DNA of 64,000 bases from a bacterium (GCA_018654605.1 JABILG010000014.1:12626-76625); one strand, 5' to 3'; positions 1 to 9,237 are shown, counted from the stretch's first letter. The notes: generated by a model not told the origin, from the letters alone. Program-made: numbers and translations.

Positions 1-30
1 TTAGAAGGAAAAAAAATAGTAATTTTAAGT

Positions 31-498
31 ATGTGGGATGGTTATATACATTTAAAATTGGGAGTTCCATCTGCACTTCCAATTCCTAATGCTTATCATC
101 CATTGTGGGGTCATCAATTAGGCAGTCATAAGGGTTGGAGCAGGCATGATGTTGAGGGAATTTCTAGTGAAAAAAGGATGTATGAGAGAATAAAAAAGAA
201 AGACTTTGACTGGTTTATAATGGATACAGCTGGAACCCTTATGAATTCTCATCATGGTATTTATTATTTAAAAATAATTCGAATACTTTTAAAACAAAGT
301 GGCTATACTCTTCATGTAATACCTACAGCACCTACCCATCATAATCAATGGTATCATAACGAGTTTCTAATTTACACAAAAAATCAGACTGGACCTTGTC
401 GGGTAACTTCAGACGAAAAAAAGGGTGAAGGACTCAAAGTCCCAGTTTCTGAGATCTCATCTTTGATAGTAAAGACTTCATGTAAGGCTGACTATTAG
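31..498 (+). CDS. Hypothetical protein (155 aa), His/Trp/Tyr/Pro-rich, no recognisable family
   Basis: Only long ORF in any frame across 1-540. No motif I recognise. The region looks less AT-rich than its neighbours. No clear SD before the ATG at 31. Confidence 0.4.
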   Translation: MWDGYIHLKLGVPSALPIPNAYHPLWGHQLGSHKGWSRHDVEGISSEKRMYERIKKKDFDWFIMDTAGTLMNSHHGIYYLKIIRILLKQSGYTLHVIPTAPTHHNQWYHNEFLIYTKNQTGPCRVTSDEKKGEGLKVPVSEISSLIVKTSCKADY

Positions 499-543
499 TA
501 CCCCTAATGCCACTAATAATATAGATGCTATACTAAATTCAAG

Positions 544-801
544 ATGACTAATCAATCCATAGAATTAATTGGAACTATTGCTGCAGTATGTACGACTTTC
601 TGCTTTAGTTTTCAGTGCTTTAAAGTTTATAAAACTAAATCTACAAAAGATATAAGCCTTATTATGTATCTTGTTTTCACTATAGGTACTGGAAACTGGA
701 TTGCTTATGGGTACTTTTTATCAGATCCGATTTTTTATAGCAACATAATTACAACAGCTCTATCTATATACATTCTTAGTGCAAAGATAAAATACGGATA
801 A
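544..801 (+). CDS. SemiSWEET / PQ-loop (MtN3-like) small sugar transporter, 3 TM helices
   Basis: 85 aa with three hydrophobic helices. The pattern IGTIAAVCTTFCFSFQCFKVYKTKSTKDISLIMY...WIAYG matches the bacterial SemiSWEET layout (PQ-loop position, K-x-S-x-x-D/G-I-S). Confidence 0.85.
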   Translation: MTNQSIELIGTIAAVCTTFCFSFQCFKVYKTKSTKDISLIMYLVFTIGTGNWIAYGYFLSDPIFYSNIITTALSIYILSAKIKYG

Positions 802-806
802 ATATA

Positions 807-992
807 TTATTCTGCTGTTTCTAACTCTTCGTCTGTAGTCTCTTCTACAGTTGTCTCTACTACTTCTTCGGTTGGAGCGATTTCCTCAACCTCGTTATCT
901 CCAAACCATTTATCCTTTTTCTCAGCTATGTAGGAACAGCTAGACAAGGAGAGGAGGAAAACTAAAGTAATAAGAATTCTAAACTTATTCAT
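807..992 (-). CDS. Small acidic lipoprotein (61 aa)
   Basis: Signal peptide with lipobox LSSC. Glu/Thr-rich acidic tail. AAGAGG SD 5 nt upstream of the ATG. Confidence 0.55.
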   Translation of the reverse strand: MNKFRILITLVFLLSLSSCSYIAEKKDKWFGDNEVEEIAPTEEVVETTVEETTDEELETAE

Positions 993-1072
993 AAAAACCT
1001 CTTATTTAAGCCTATCACTTTTAATTTTTAATAGTCAAGAGGTTTCATGCTTATAAATAATTCTAATCTTGA

Positions 1073-2152
1073 TTAATAAACTTTCGTGACCAAATCTCTT
1101 GTTACTTCATCTAAGTTCTTGCATCCAGACAATATCATTGTCTCAATCAATTCAGATTTAAGCATGTTTAATACTAATTCTACACCCTTTTGACCTTCAT
1201 GCTGAAGGCCCCATAAGATTGGTCTTCCAATTTGAACAGCATCTGCGCCAAGAGCTAGACACTTCAGGATATCTGTTCCCCTTCTTATTCCACCATCAAC
1301 AATTATAAGAGGCTCATAGCCGATAGTGTTTCTAATTGGTTCTATTTGTTTTAAAGTTGGCACCACAGTGTCCAATTGTCGTCCACCATGATTAGATATG
1401 ATGATTCCGTCAGCTCCATAGCTAAGAGCTTGTGTTGCATCATCTGGTCTAAGGATTCCTTTTACTAGTACAGGTAGAGATGACTGTTCCTTGATCCACG
1501 GGATAATATCAAAGGTTAATGATGGGTCAAACAAATGGTCAGAGTGAACCCTCATGCTGGAGCCATCATATTCTTCTATTTTATCAAAATGTTCAAATTT
1601 AGTACCTACAAAATTTCCCAGTTTTAAATCACTGGGCATTTTGAAAGAATTTCTTTCGTCTCTTTCCCTTGTCCCAAGCCTAGGGGCGTCGACTGTAAAA
1701 ACAATACCTTTGTATCCTAACGACTTACAGTTTTTAAGCATTTCGGAAGTAAAATTCCGATCTTTAGAAAAATAAAGTTGAAAAAAGGTTTTATTGTGAA
1801 TAGGTCCTATTTCGTTTATAGATTTATTTGAAATAGTACTATGGCTCATAATAGTATTTAAAGTTTTAGCTGCATTAGCTGTAGCGGTCTCTCCGTCTTT
1901 ATGGGCCATTTGTTGCATTGCAACGGGGGCAATTAGAATAGGCATATCAATATCAAGGCCTAGTATTGATGTTCTTATATCAACTTCTGAGACATCTCTT
2001 AATAACCTAGGAAGAAGTTCATACTCATTATATATAGATCTATTTCTTTTTAGTGTTACTTCGTCTCGTGCACCAGAAGAATAATATCCCTCGATACCTT
2101 TTGGTAATTTTTTCGTAAATTTTTTTTCTAAATCAAATAAATTAACTATCAT
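1073..2152 (-). CDS. FMN-dependent alpha-hydroxy acid oxidase/dehydrogenase (L-lactate/glycolate oxidase family)
   Basis: 359 aa TIM-barrel family. Motifs SNHGGRQLD, VDGGIRRGTDILKCLALGA and PILIAPVAMQ are typical of the LldD/GOX family. Confidence 0.9.
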   Translation of the reverse strand: MIVNLFDLEKKFTKKLPKGIEGYYSSGARDEVTLKRNRSIYNEYELLPRLLRDVSEVDIRTSILGLDIDMPILIAPVAMQQMAHKDGETATANAAKTLNTIMSHSTISNKSINEIGPIHNKTFFQLYFSKDRNFTSEMLKNCKSLGYKGIVFTVDAPRLGTRERDERNSFKMPSDLKLGNFVGTKFEHFDKIEEYDGSSMRVHSDHLFDPSLTFDIIPWIKEQSSLPVLVKGILRPDDATQALSYGADGIIISNHGGRQLDTVVPTLKQIEPIRNTIGYEPLIIVDGGIRRGTDILKCLALGADAVQIGRPILWGLQHEGQKGVELVLNMLKSELIETMILSGCKNLDEVTRDLVTKVY

Positions 2153-2269
2153 AGCTATCTAACATTATATCACTTATTCACATTGAAATTAAAATATCTA
2201 TGCTTACCTTATAGATATGTTGCCGAAATGGAACATAAAAAATATCTCGCTTTATAGGAGGAATTTAAA

Positions 2270-2707
2270 ATGAGATTAGTAAAATATTCAAATCACCAAC
2301 TAGATGATTTGTTCAGACTTACCCCTTTTTCTGTGGGTTTTGATAGTATGTTTGACAGGCTACTAAATATGCCTGAGACAGCTTCGGGTTCTTATCCCCC
2401 ATATGACATTGTTAAGAAAAACTCAATGAATTATGAGATTAGATTGGCTCTTGCTGGATTCACAAAAGATGATATCAATATCAAATATGAAGAAGGTACA
2501 GTGACTGTAGAGTCAGTCCATGAGACCACTAAGACTGAAGAGGTTCATCTAGTCCACGGTATTTCTAAAAGGAAATTTAGAAGAGTATTTACTCTTTCTG
2601 AAGATATGATCGTAAAAGGTGCTGAATTAAAAGATGGCATGTTAACGATTAGACTTGAAAGAATTTTACCAGAAGAAAAGAAACCTAGAACTATTGATAT
2701 TCAATAG
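2270..2707 (+). CDS. Small heat-shock protein, Hsp20/IbpA family
   Basis: PPYDIVKKNSMNYEIRLALAGFTKDDINI...GISKRKFRRVFTL...GMLTIRLER aligns with the IbpA/IbpB alpha-crystallin domain. AGGAGG SD upstream. Confidence 0.9.
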   Translation: MRLVKYSNHQLDDLFRLTPFSVGFDSMFDRLLNMPETASGSYPPYDIVKKNSMNYEIRLALAGFTKDDINIKYEEGTVTVESVHETTKTEEVHLVHGISKRKFRRVFTLSEDMIVKGAELKDGMLTIRLERILPEEKKPRTIDIQ

Positions 2708-2719
2708 TTCCCTTTTTAT

Positions 2720-2738
2720 GGGAGCTCTACGAGCTCCC
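2720..2738. terminator. GC-rich hairpin between convergent genes (possible bidirectional terminator)
   Basis: GGGAGCTC-tac-GAGCTCCC is a perfect 8-bp stem in an otherwise AT-rich spacer between the hsp20 stop and the stop of the minus-strand gene. It has no clean U-tract on either side. Confidence 0.45.
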
Positions 2739-3103
2739 TATTCCCATCTTATTTCTAAAGTCTTTTTAGTCTCTGGTATCTTTAACTCTATGCAAGGGTT
2801 TGTAATTACTTGTAAAGTTTGATCCATAAGTTTGGGTTCTTTTTCTTTTAGAATTATATAAAATTGATTATTCACTGTATAAGATTCAATTAAATCTATT
2901 GAGTAACCAGAAGTTGGCCTCTCGCCTAAATAGATAACTGTTGTACCATTTCCTTTTTTACAATCATTTATATTCCAACCTTTACTAACAATTAAAATTT
3001 CACTAGTTTTATCAGTCCTTATTGAGTTAGATAAATCATACACAAGAAAGAAAAGGCAAGAAATTGCTAAAATGAATATTATTATTAAATATTTAAATTG
3101 CAC
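2738..3103 (-). CDS. PrcB-like small exported protein (protease-complex accessory, putative)
   Basis: 121 aa with an N-terminal TM/signal. The segment LGERPTSGYSIDLIE...FYIILKEKEP...QVITNPC resembles the PrcB C-terminal domain pattern. Its start overlaps the protease stop by 11 nt. Confidence 0.45.
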   Translation of the reverse strand: MQFKYLIIIFILAISCLFFLVYDLSNSIRTDKTSEILIVSKGWNINDCKKGNGTTVIYLGERPTSGYSIDLIESYTVNNQFYIILKEKEPKLMDQTLQVITNPCIELKIPETKKTLEIRWE

Positions 3104-5549
3104 TTTTCAATTCTAACATAAAGATTTTTTCTAACGATGATTGGTTTAAATGGCCCCCTTCATCAATGAATATAGAAGACAATCTTATCTTCATCTTATT
3201 GACATCAATTTTATAAAAAACTTCATAATTAATCTCTCTTCCATTTGGCTTTAAGCTGAAAGCTTCATCTTTATAGTAGATAGTTCCTCTAGAGTCTGCA
3301 TAATGCGGAAGTCTCAAATCAAATGATCCACTCTCTGCCCTAATTGGTTGGTGTACAACTAGACCAATTGAGTCATTTTTTCTTACTACTTTGTCATTCA
3401 AGAGACCAAAGCTCCAAGATGTTGATTGAATTGTTTTAAAATCACTAAATAAGGAATCAATATCAGGATAGACCTTTGTCGAGCCATAGAAGCCTGAAGC
3501 ATATATTGTCAATTTACTAGTTATCATCTTTTCAATCATTGCACCAAAAATATCTGTTACTGAGGCGTTCCTTAATTTAAAGGCTCCCGATGTTTGAGAA
3601 CCTAAGAAAGCCCCCTCTTCCTCCATCCTTGAATAAGACAAATTCATTTTATCCAGAAAGCTTGATTTTAAATAAGCATTAAGACCTTTTAGTCTTATAT
3701 CTTTTTTTCTTTCAGTTAGATTAGTTTCAAGCTCCTGTACATATCCTTCTTCGTTGTAATTAACAGAAATTTTAAGCTTATTGTTTACTTTTAAAAATAG
3801 TTCTAGACTTTCAAATTCGCCACTCATTCCCATGTAAGGATTCCTAAAAGCATCATAGGTAAATAGTGACTCTGTGACTCTTAAATCTTTCTTTGTGGAC
3901 AAAAAGAAATAATCTTGTACTTCTGCATAATTATATTTAATTTTAAAATAATCATTTAAAGACAATGTTGCTCTAATAGTTTTAAAAGGAAAGTTGTATT
4001 GATCTGTCTCTATATTTGTCGCATTTACAATCCCATAAAGTTTTAGAATTCCAAAATCATACAAACTCTGTTCTTCGTAATCTTTTAATACCATTCTATT
4101 TAAACCTAAAGGAGTATAAGTGGAACCGGTAGAAAGAGATGAAAGATTTAAAAAGAAAATTGCATTATCATATGTATCAAAGCTGGCAATCGATTCAGTA
4201 CTTATTATTTGTTGGGTCAGACTATTTATATTTTTTAAAGTATTATTTAGAATTCTGTTTTGTCCGAAAGCTTTAGAAAGAGATAGTTTAGTTGATTGTA
4301 AAGTATAAAATTTAGAATTTAAAACACTAGTTCCCCCCACACTTAATCCAAGGACTGCAATTGGCCTAGTAGCTTTTTCTAGATCAATCTTGCCAACGCC
4401 AAAAATCGCAGATGAATAGGATTCTCCGTTTCTACCTGTCAGGCCTGAAGTTGAAGCAGTTTGTAATAAACGGTCTACTATTTGAGCCGCCGTTAATGTT
4501 GGAAAAGCTTCTATCAATATCGCTATCGCACCTGTTACATGAGGAGCTCCCATTGAAGTACCAGTTAATGTCGTATAAGCACTGTTTGATGTAATACCTG
4601 CACTATAGACACTTACAGATGGAGCAGCTATGCACCATGCCGCCGCAACTCCGCACCTATTTCCATATTGGTATTCATTTCCATCTGCATCTATTCCCAT
4701 GACAGCGATCCATACGTCTGCAGTTCCAGACCAATGATATGGCATTCCAGCTTCAAAATTGGGATTAGCTCTAGAATTATTTCCAGTTGCCCATACATTA
4801 ATTATTCCATTTGTTTGAAGTGACTTATATGAATTAATAGCTGTACTATACGCTGCTTCAAAAACGCTTTTGGAATATGACGTAATCATAGCTTGAGTAC
4901 CCCAACTATGATTTATAACTTTTACTCCTGCAGATATAGATTTTGAAACAGCATCTGGAATCATAGTATTGTATGACCCTGAAAAAGACCCATTATTGTC
5001 AAATATTTTATAGCTGGAAATGTTAGTAACTCCGTAAGCAACGCCATGCATTCCTCTTGAAGATTCGTCACCATTGCCTTTAACTGCTGCGATAGTTCCG
5101 GCTACATGAGTTCCATGTCCATGACCATCCTGTAGAACAGAATTACCTGTTTCATAGTTCCATCCAGTTACACTTACAGTTGCAAACTCCTTGTGAGTTG
5201 TCTTTACTCCTGTATCAAAAATTCCAACCCTTACGCCCGCACCTGTAAGTTCTCTTGAGTAGGCACTTGAAGCATTCATATCAGCAAGACCATAGTCATT
5301 ATCATATTCTAATGTTTCATATGTATTAGTTGAATAACGGGCGGGATAACATCCAGAATAAGAGCTCCCCTGGTAAGAACATGCAACACTACCGGCTCCT
5401 CCGCCAGATGAGCCGCCACCTCCTCCGCCGCCAGAACAGGCAAAGGACAAAAATGCTACTATAGTTATAAGTGATAACTTCTTAGTTATTAAGAATAAAG
5501 AGTAAAAGTCCTTCTGTATTTTGCTAAATCTTCTCACAAATTGCTTCAT
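3093..5549 (-). CDS. Subtilisin-family (S8) serine protease lipoprotein with C-terminal beta-rich, autotransporter-like domain
   Basis: Lipobox LSFAC followed by a poly-Gly/Ser linker. Catalytic triad motifs GIFDTGV (Asp), HGHGTHVAGTIAA (His) and GTSMGAPHVTGAIA (Ser). About 400 C-terminal residues have the alternating beta-strand character seen in NalP/SphB1-type lipoprotein autotransporters. Confidence 0.8.
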   Translation of the reverse strand: MKQFVRRFSKIQKDFYSLFLITKKLSLITIVAFLSFACSGGGGGGGSSGGGAGSVACSYQGSSYSGCYPARYSTNTYETLEYDNDYGLADMNASSAYSRELTGAGVRVGIFDTGVKTTHKEFATVSVTGWNYETGNSVLQDGHGHGTHVAGTIAAVKGNGDESSRGMHGVAYGVTNISSYKIFDNNGSFSGSYNTMIPDAVSKSISAGVKVINHSWGTQAMITSYSKSVFEAAYSTAINSYKSLQTNGIINVWATGNNSRANPNFEAGMPYHWSGTADVWIAVMGIDADGNEYQYGNRCGVAAAWCIAAPSVSVYSAGITSNSAYTTLTGTSMGAPHVTGAIAILIEAFPTLTAAQIVDRLLQTASTSGLTGRNGESYSSAIFGVGKIDLEKATRPIAVLGLSVGGTSVLNSKFYTLQSTKLSLSKAFGQNRILNNTLKNINSLTQQIISTESIASFDTYDNAIFFLNLSSLSTGSTYTPLGLNRMVLKDYEEQSLYDFGILKLYGIVNATNIETDQYNFPFKTIRATLSLNDYFKIKYNYAEVQDYFFLSTKKDLRVTESLFTYDAFRNPYMGMSGEFESLELFLKVNNKLKISVNYNEEGYVQELETNLTERKKDIRLKGLNAYLKSSFLDKMNLSYSRMEEEGAFLGSQTSGAFKLRNASVTDIFGAMIEKMITSKLTIYASGFYGSTKVYPDIDSLFSDFKTIQSTSWSFGLLNDKVVRKNDSIGLVVHQPIRAESGSFDLRLPHYADSRGTIYYKDEAFSLKPNGREINYEVFYKIDVNKMKIRLSSIFIDEGGHLNQSSLEKIFMLELKSAI

Positions 5550-5623
5550 GTTTATAATAAGACACGTTTTGTGATAAGAAGTCTACTTTCTTATAGATTG
5601 AATCGATCAAATTTTATAGTAGT

Positions 5624-6895
5624 CTAGTTTTTCTTACTTTTTCTGACGGTAACCCTGGAAGATTCTTGATCTTCGTAAATATAATCAGATAAAAAATCCA
5701 TCAACTCTCTTGAATAGGTATTGTTCTTAATTTTTGGATTAACAGATATTGAGTTAAGAGTAGCTATTTCTTCCCAAAAACCCTTTTTTATTAACTCTTG
5801 GACCATAACCTCCCTCATTGCATCTTTTGAATCAGGTAATTTGCGAACTTTTTCGATATTCACTACTAGCTCACTCCCGGTTTCAGCACCAGGCAATACA
5901 AATCTACCTTCAAGCTCGCCATCTAAAAATTCATCTTTATTATGAAGTATTGACTCTTTTATTTCATTCACTTCTTTTTCTATAGATGAGATTTTTTGTT
6001 TTAGAAGAACTAGCTTGTCGACCATGTTAGCAACATCTTTTATTACTAGATCATCTCTTTTTTCCTTAAGTCTATAGATACTTCTAAACTCTGGGCATAT
6101 TCTTCTGTAACCGCAGGACACGCAGCCAAACCCTGGAGTTTGTAAAAACTTTTTGTCACTTTTTAGTTCTCTTAAAATATCTATATAGTGTTGCTTTGTT
6201 TCGTTTATCGAATCATCATCAACTTCTCTTTCTAAAATTATTCCGGGGAAAGGATAGATAAGCTTTAATTTAATTGTTTTAATATTCTTAAATCTTTCTT
6301 GCGACTTAACACCAAGTGCATAAAGGTAAAGTTGAGTAAAGGCCTTATCTATAAACCTATCACTAGGTGCTTGCCTTGAAGTTTTATAGTCAACTATAGT
6401 CAAGACATCACCCTTGATATCAAACCTATCAATAAACCCTTGGAATTGAATTTGTTCACCTTCATCATCAAAGAAAAATGGCTCTACTATTTCTTCTGTT
6501 TTACAGGAATCAAAGTCAGTTTCCAATCCAGTAATATAGAATTTTTCGTAATATCTTTTTACACAATCGAGTGAATATTTCTTGTATACGGCTATATCTT
6601 TTATATTTGCAAAGAAAACTATTTCTTTTTTCTTCTTTTCCTCTTTAAGTAGTTTCCTTTTCCACTCAGTCTCGAAATATTCTAGAACCTCCTCCAATGG
6701 TATTATTCCTTTAAGATAAAAATCTTTATACATTTTTTCTATTACATTATGGAAGACTGAGCCAACTATTATGCTTATTGATAGAAATTCTTCGGTATTG
6801 CCCTTTTCAATATATTTAAACTTATATTGTTTTGGACAGTTCTGGTATGTATTTAATCTTGAATTTGACCACTTGCTAGTTCTTTTTCTTCTCAT
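5624..6895 (-). CDS. PD-(D/E)XK nuclease, Cas4/AddB-like with Fe-S cysteine cluster, plus C-terminal coiled-coil extension
   Basis: Motifs WSNSRLNTYQNCPKQYKFKYI, IDRFD...IVDYKTS (D...D/ExK) and TQLYLYA (QxxxY). Cysteines C20 plus GCVSCGYRRIC (C...CxxCx5C). About 150 extra C-terminal residues. Confidence 0.75.
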   Translation of the reverse strand: MRRKRTSKWSNSRLNTYQNCPKQYKFKYIEKGNTEEFLSISIIVGSVFHNVIEKMYKDFYLKGIIPLEEVLEYFETEWKRKLLKEEKKKKEIVFFANIKDIAVYKKYSLDCVKRYYEKFYITGLETDFDSCKTEEIVEPFFFDDEGEQIQFQGFIDRFDIKGDVLTIVDYKTSRQAPSDRFIDKAFTQLYLYALGVKSQERFKNIKTIKLKLIYPFPGIILEREVDDDSINETKQHYIDILRELKSDKKFLQTPGFGCVSCGYRRICPEFRSIYRLKEKRDDLVIKDVANMVDKLVLLKQKISSIEKEVNEIKESILHNKDEFLDGELEGRFVLPGAETGSELVVNIEKVRKLPDSKDAMREVMVQELIKKGFWEEIATLNSISVNPKIKNNTYSRELMDFLSDYIYEDQESSRVTVRKSKKN

Positions 6896-6933
6896 TGCAA
6901 TATCTCTCTTATTTCAATTATAATACTTTTTAT

Positions 6934-8160
6934 ATGGATTACATTCTTATAATTCTTCTAGCAATAGGTTTTTTCGTAATTTACAAAAAAGTTAACGTGT
7001 CTGACTCCCAAAATAATCAAGACGAAGTGAAGGAATTGAGAGACAGTTTAAACAAAGTCCTTGGGAAAATGGAGTCTGACAATAAAAATCTAAGACAAGC
7101 ATTTATTGACGAGAAAGTTAATATGGAAAAGCTTGTACTTGAAGTTGTTAAGGAAAACACTGAGTCTCAAACAGAAAATTTTGAGAAGGAATCTCAGAAC
7201 TTAATTAAGAGCATAAATGAACAATCTAAGGAATTTAATGATTATTTCGCCAGGATAGATTCAACTATTGGTGCTCTGGACAACGTTACTAGAGAAATGA
7301 AAGGTGAAATAAATGATTTTTCGAAGATTCTTGGCGCTAGTTCTAGTTTAGCTGGAGATTTAGGGGAATTTCAATTAGAAAATCTCTTCAAGTTCCACAA
7401 CTTACAAAAAAATATTGATTATATGACCCAAGTTAACGTACCTATAGCTGATGGTAGGTCATATCAACCAGATGCGATACTAATATCTGAAGATAAGTGT
7501 TTAATAATCGACTCAAAAGCAACAGCAAATCTTGAAGTTATAAAAGAACTTAAAAATGAAGAAACTTCTAAAGAACGAATGGAGGAAATTAAAAGTGATA
7601 TAAAGGACAAGGTTTCCAATGAGGCAAAAAAATTATCAAAAAAAGAATATCAAAATCTTACTATTAATGGAAAATCAACACCAGAATTTATTGTTATGTT
7701 TATACCTAATGAGAATATTTACCTAATTGTGAAAGAACTAATAGACAAAGAAACTAATAAAATAGAGGACGGGGTTATTATGGCTGGGCCTGATAATCTT
7801 AATTTTATAATATTAATGTGGGCCTATATAAATGGAATACTAAAAGTACAAAGTCAGATCGAGCAAATTGGAAAAGCAGCCTCAGCAGTCCACAATAATT
7901 TCGCTAACAGTACAAAAAACCTTAACAAGCTTAAGAGTTCAATAGAATCAACTATTACCAACTGGAATACCCTTGTAGGAAACGTAGAGGGACGATTAAT
8001 CCCATCAGTTAAAAAACTAGAGGAAATGGGGGTCAAATCATCACAAGAGATACTAGATGTTGAAAAGATTATACAAACTCCTAGGCCCCTAGAAAAGCTT
8101 GTGGAAAATAAGTCTAAGCTCGAACAAGGCAATATTGACTTCAAAAATGATGAGAAATAG
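6934..8160 (+). CDS. rmuC: DNA recombination protein RmuC
   Basis: N-terminal TM, a long coiled coil, then QPDAILISEDKCLIIDSKA and FIVMFIPNENIY, typical of the RmuC nuclease-like domain. I prefer the ATG at 6934 over the TTG at 6895 used in the ORF track. Confidence 0.85.
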   Translation: MDYILIILLAIGFFVIYKKVNVSDSQNNQDEVKELRDSLNKVLGKMESDNKNLRQAFIDEKVNMEKLVLEVVKENTESQTENFEKESQNLIKSINEQSKEFNDYFARIDSTIGALDNVTREMKGEINDFSKILGASSSLAGDLGEFQLENLFKFHNLQKNIDYMTQVNVPIADGRSYQPDAILISEDKCLIIDSKATANLEVIKELKNEETSKERMEEIKSDIKDKVSNEAKKLSKKEYQNLTINGKSTPEFIVMFIPNENIYLIVKELIDKETNKIEDGVIMAGPDNLNFIILMWAYINGILKVQSQIEQIGKAASAVHNNFANSTKNLNKLKSSIESTITNWNTLVGNVEGRLIPSVKKLEEMGVKSSQEILDVEKIIQTPRPLEKLVENKSKLEQGNIDFKNDEK

Positions 8161-8206
8161 TTAGAAGTGCTTGATTTTATTATTAATTTTTATGTAAAAT
8201 AAAAAA

Positions 8207-9235
8207 ATGAAATATTATATCCTACTATTCATACTTCTAGCCTCACCTTTCAATGTTCTTTCTAATGAAGTGAACGAATCTTTAAAAGAAGAAGAAAAGA
8301 TTCTATATCACGAATACAATGAAGCGAGGTCCCAGATTGATGCTTTTACTGGAGATAAAAAGAATTTTATACTATCAAAGGCATCATCATATGCCGAAGA
8401 GTCATATGCTAATGCCGCATCAAACTCTAAATACTCTTTCTTTAAGAACTCCGAAGGTACAATAGGATTCTCTGAAGATTCAGATGGTAAAACATTAATA
8501 GATTTCTCTATATTAACCATAGTCCCAATAAAACAAACAGCGGACTTAAAACACACGTTCTTTTCACAATTAAATGCTATGTCAGTTGAGCAGTTTCAAG
8601 ATAGAAGAATAGGTACAAATTTAGGACTTGGTTACAGAAACTATAATAGCGACCACAACTTAGTATTAGGTGTTAATTCTTTTTATGACTATGAGTTCAG
8701 CTCTGATCATTACAGAATTGGCATTGGTGGTGAAATGAAAAAAGGTTTACTTGATTTAAATGTTAACTATTACGAAGGGCTAAGTGGAACAAAAGATATT
8801 AAAATTGACAATGTCAATGGACTCGAAAAAGCCCTAGATGGATTTGACCTTGAATTAGGACACCCTCTTCCATATCTTCCATGGACAAAATTCTTTGTAG
8901 CTTATTCAAAGTTTAATGGTCATCTAGGAGAAGACCCTACTTCAATACGTTACTCATCAGAGCTTTACCTTAATCAGAATTTAGTCGCAGAGCTAGGATA
9001 TAACGATGATCGCCAAAGTGACGGAATAGATCAGAACTACTGGTTTGTTAGAATCTCAGTTACTAATACAAAAAGAAACAAGCCAACACTATTTGGTCCA
9101 GAAGGTCAGCTTTACTCAACAGACCCTTTTGGTCAGCGTGATGTAAGAACGACTTTACTCGAAAAAGTAAGAAGACAAAATAAAATCACTGTCGAAAGAT
9201 CTCAATCAGGGTCCTTCCAAGTTGGAGGTAACTAA
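8207..9235 (+). CDS. Inverse-autotransporter (intimin/invasin-type) beta-barrel domain protein with no passenger
   Basis: Signal peptide. NLGLGYRNY...LGVNSFYDYEFSSDHYRIGIGGE...LDLNVNYYEGLSG...ALDGFDLELGHPLPYLPW...VAYSKFNG aligns block by block with the intimin barrel (NLGAGQRFF...GYNVFIDQDFSGDNTRLGIGGEYW...NGYFRMSGW...PANGFDIRFNGYLPSYP...YEQYYG). The protein ends about 50 aa after the barrel, at the linker motif LLEKVRRQNKITVER. Confidence 0.8.
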   Translation: MKYYILLFILLASPFNVLSNEVNESLKEEEKILYHEYNEARSQIDAFTGDKKNFILSKASSYAEESYANAASNSKYSFFKNSEGTIGFSEDSDGKTLIDFSILTIVPIKQTADLKHTFFSQLNAMSVEQFQDRRIGTNLGLGYRNYNSDHNLVLGVNSFYDYEFSSDHYRIGIGGEMKKGLLDLNVNYYEGLSGTKDIKIDNVNGLEKALDGFDLELGHPLPYLPWTKFFVAYSKFNGHLGEDPTSIRYSSELYLNQNLVAELGYNDDRQSDGIDQNYWFVRISVTNTKRNKPTLFGPEGQLYSTDPFGQRDVRTTLLEKVRRQNKITVERSQSGSFQVGGN

Positions 9236-9237
9236 AA

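Noticed and set aside
1-540. Possible structured RNA gene (RNase P RNA or tmRNA), suggested by the locally higher GC and short resemblances. ACAGCTGGAACCCTTAT resembles the RNase P ACAGAACCCGGCUUA element. ATGTAAGGCTGACTATTAGTACC resembles a tmRNA 3' region.
   Set aside because: The core signatures are absent on both strands: no GAGGAAAGUCC, no GGGG...UUCGAC 5' end, and no T-arm or CCA-proximal stem. A 155-codon open frame in an AT-rich genome is better explained as coding. A covariance-model scan is needed for certainty.
2183-2215. Sigma32-type heat-shock promoter upstream of the Hsp20 gene (TTGAAA ... CCTTATAG).
   Set aside because: The spacer to the -10-like element is about 18 nt against the expected 13-15. 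The -10 matches CCCCATNT at only about half its positions.
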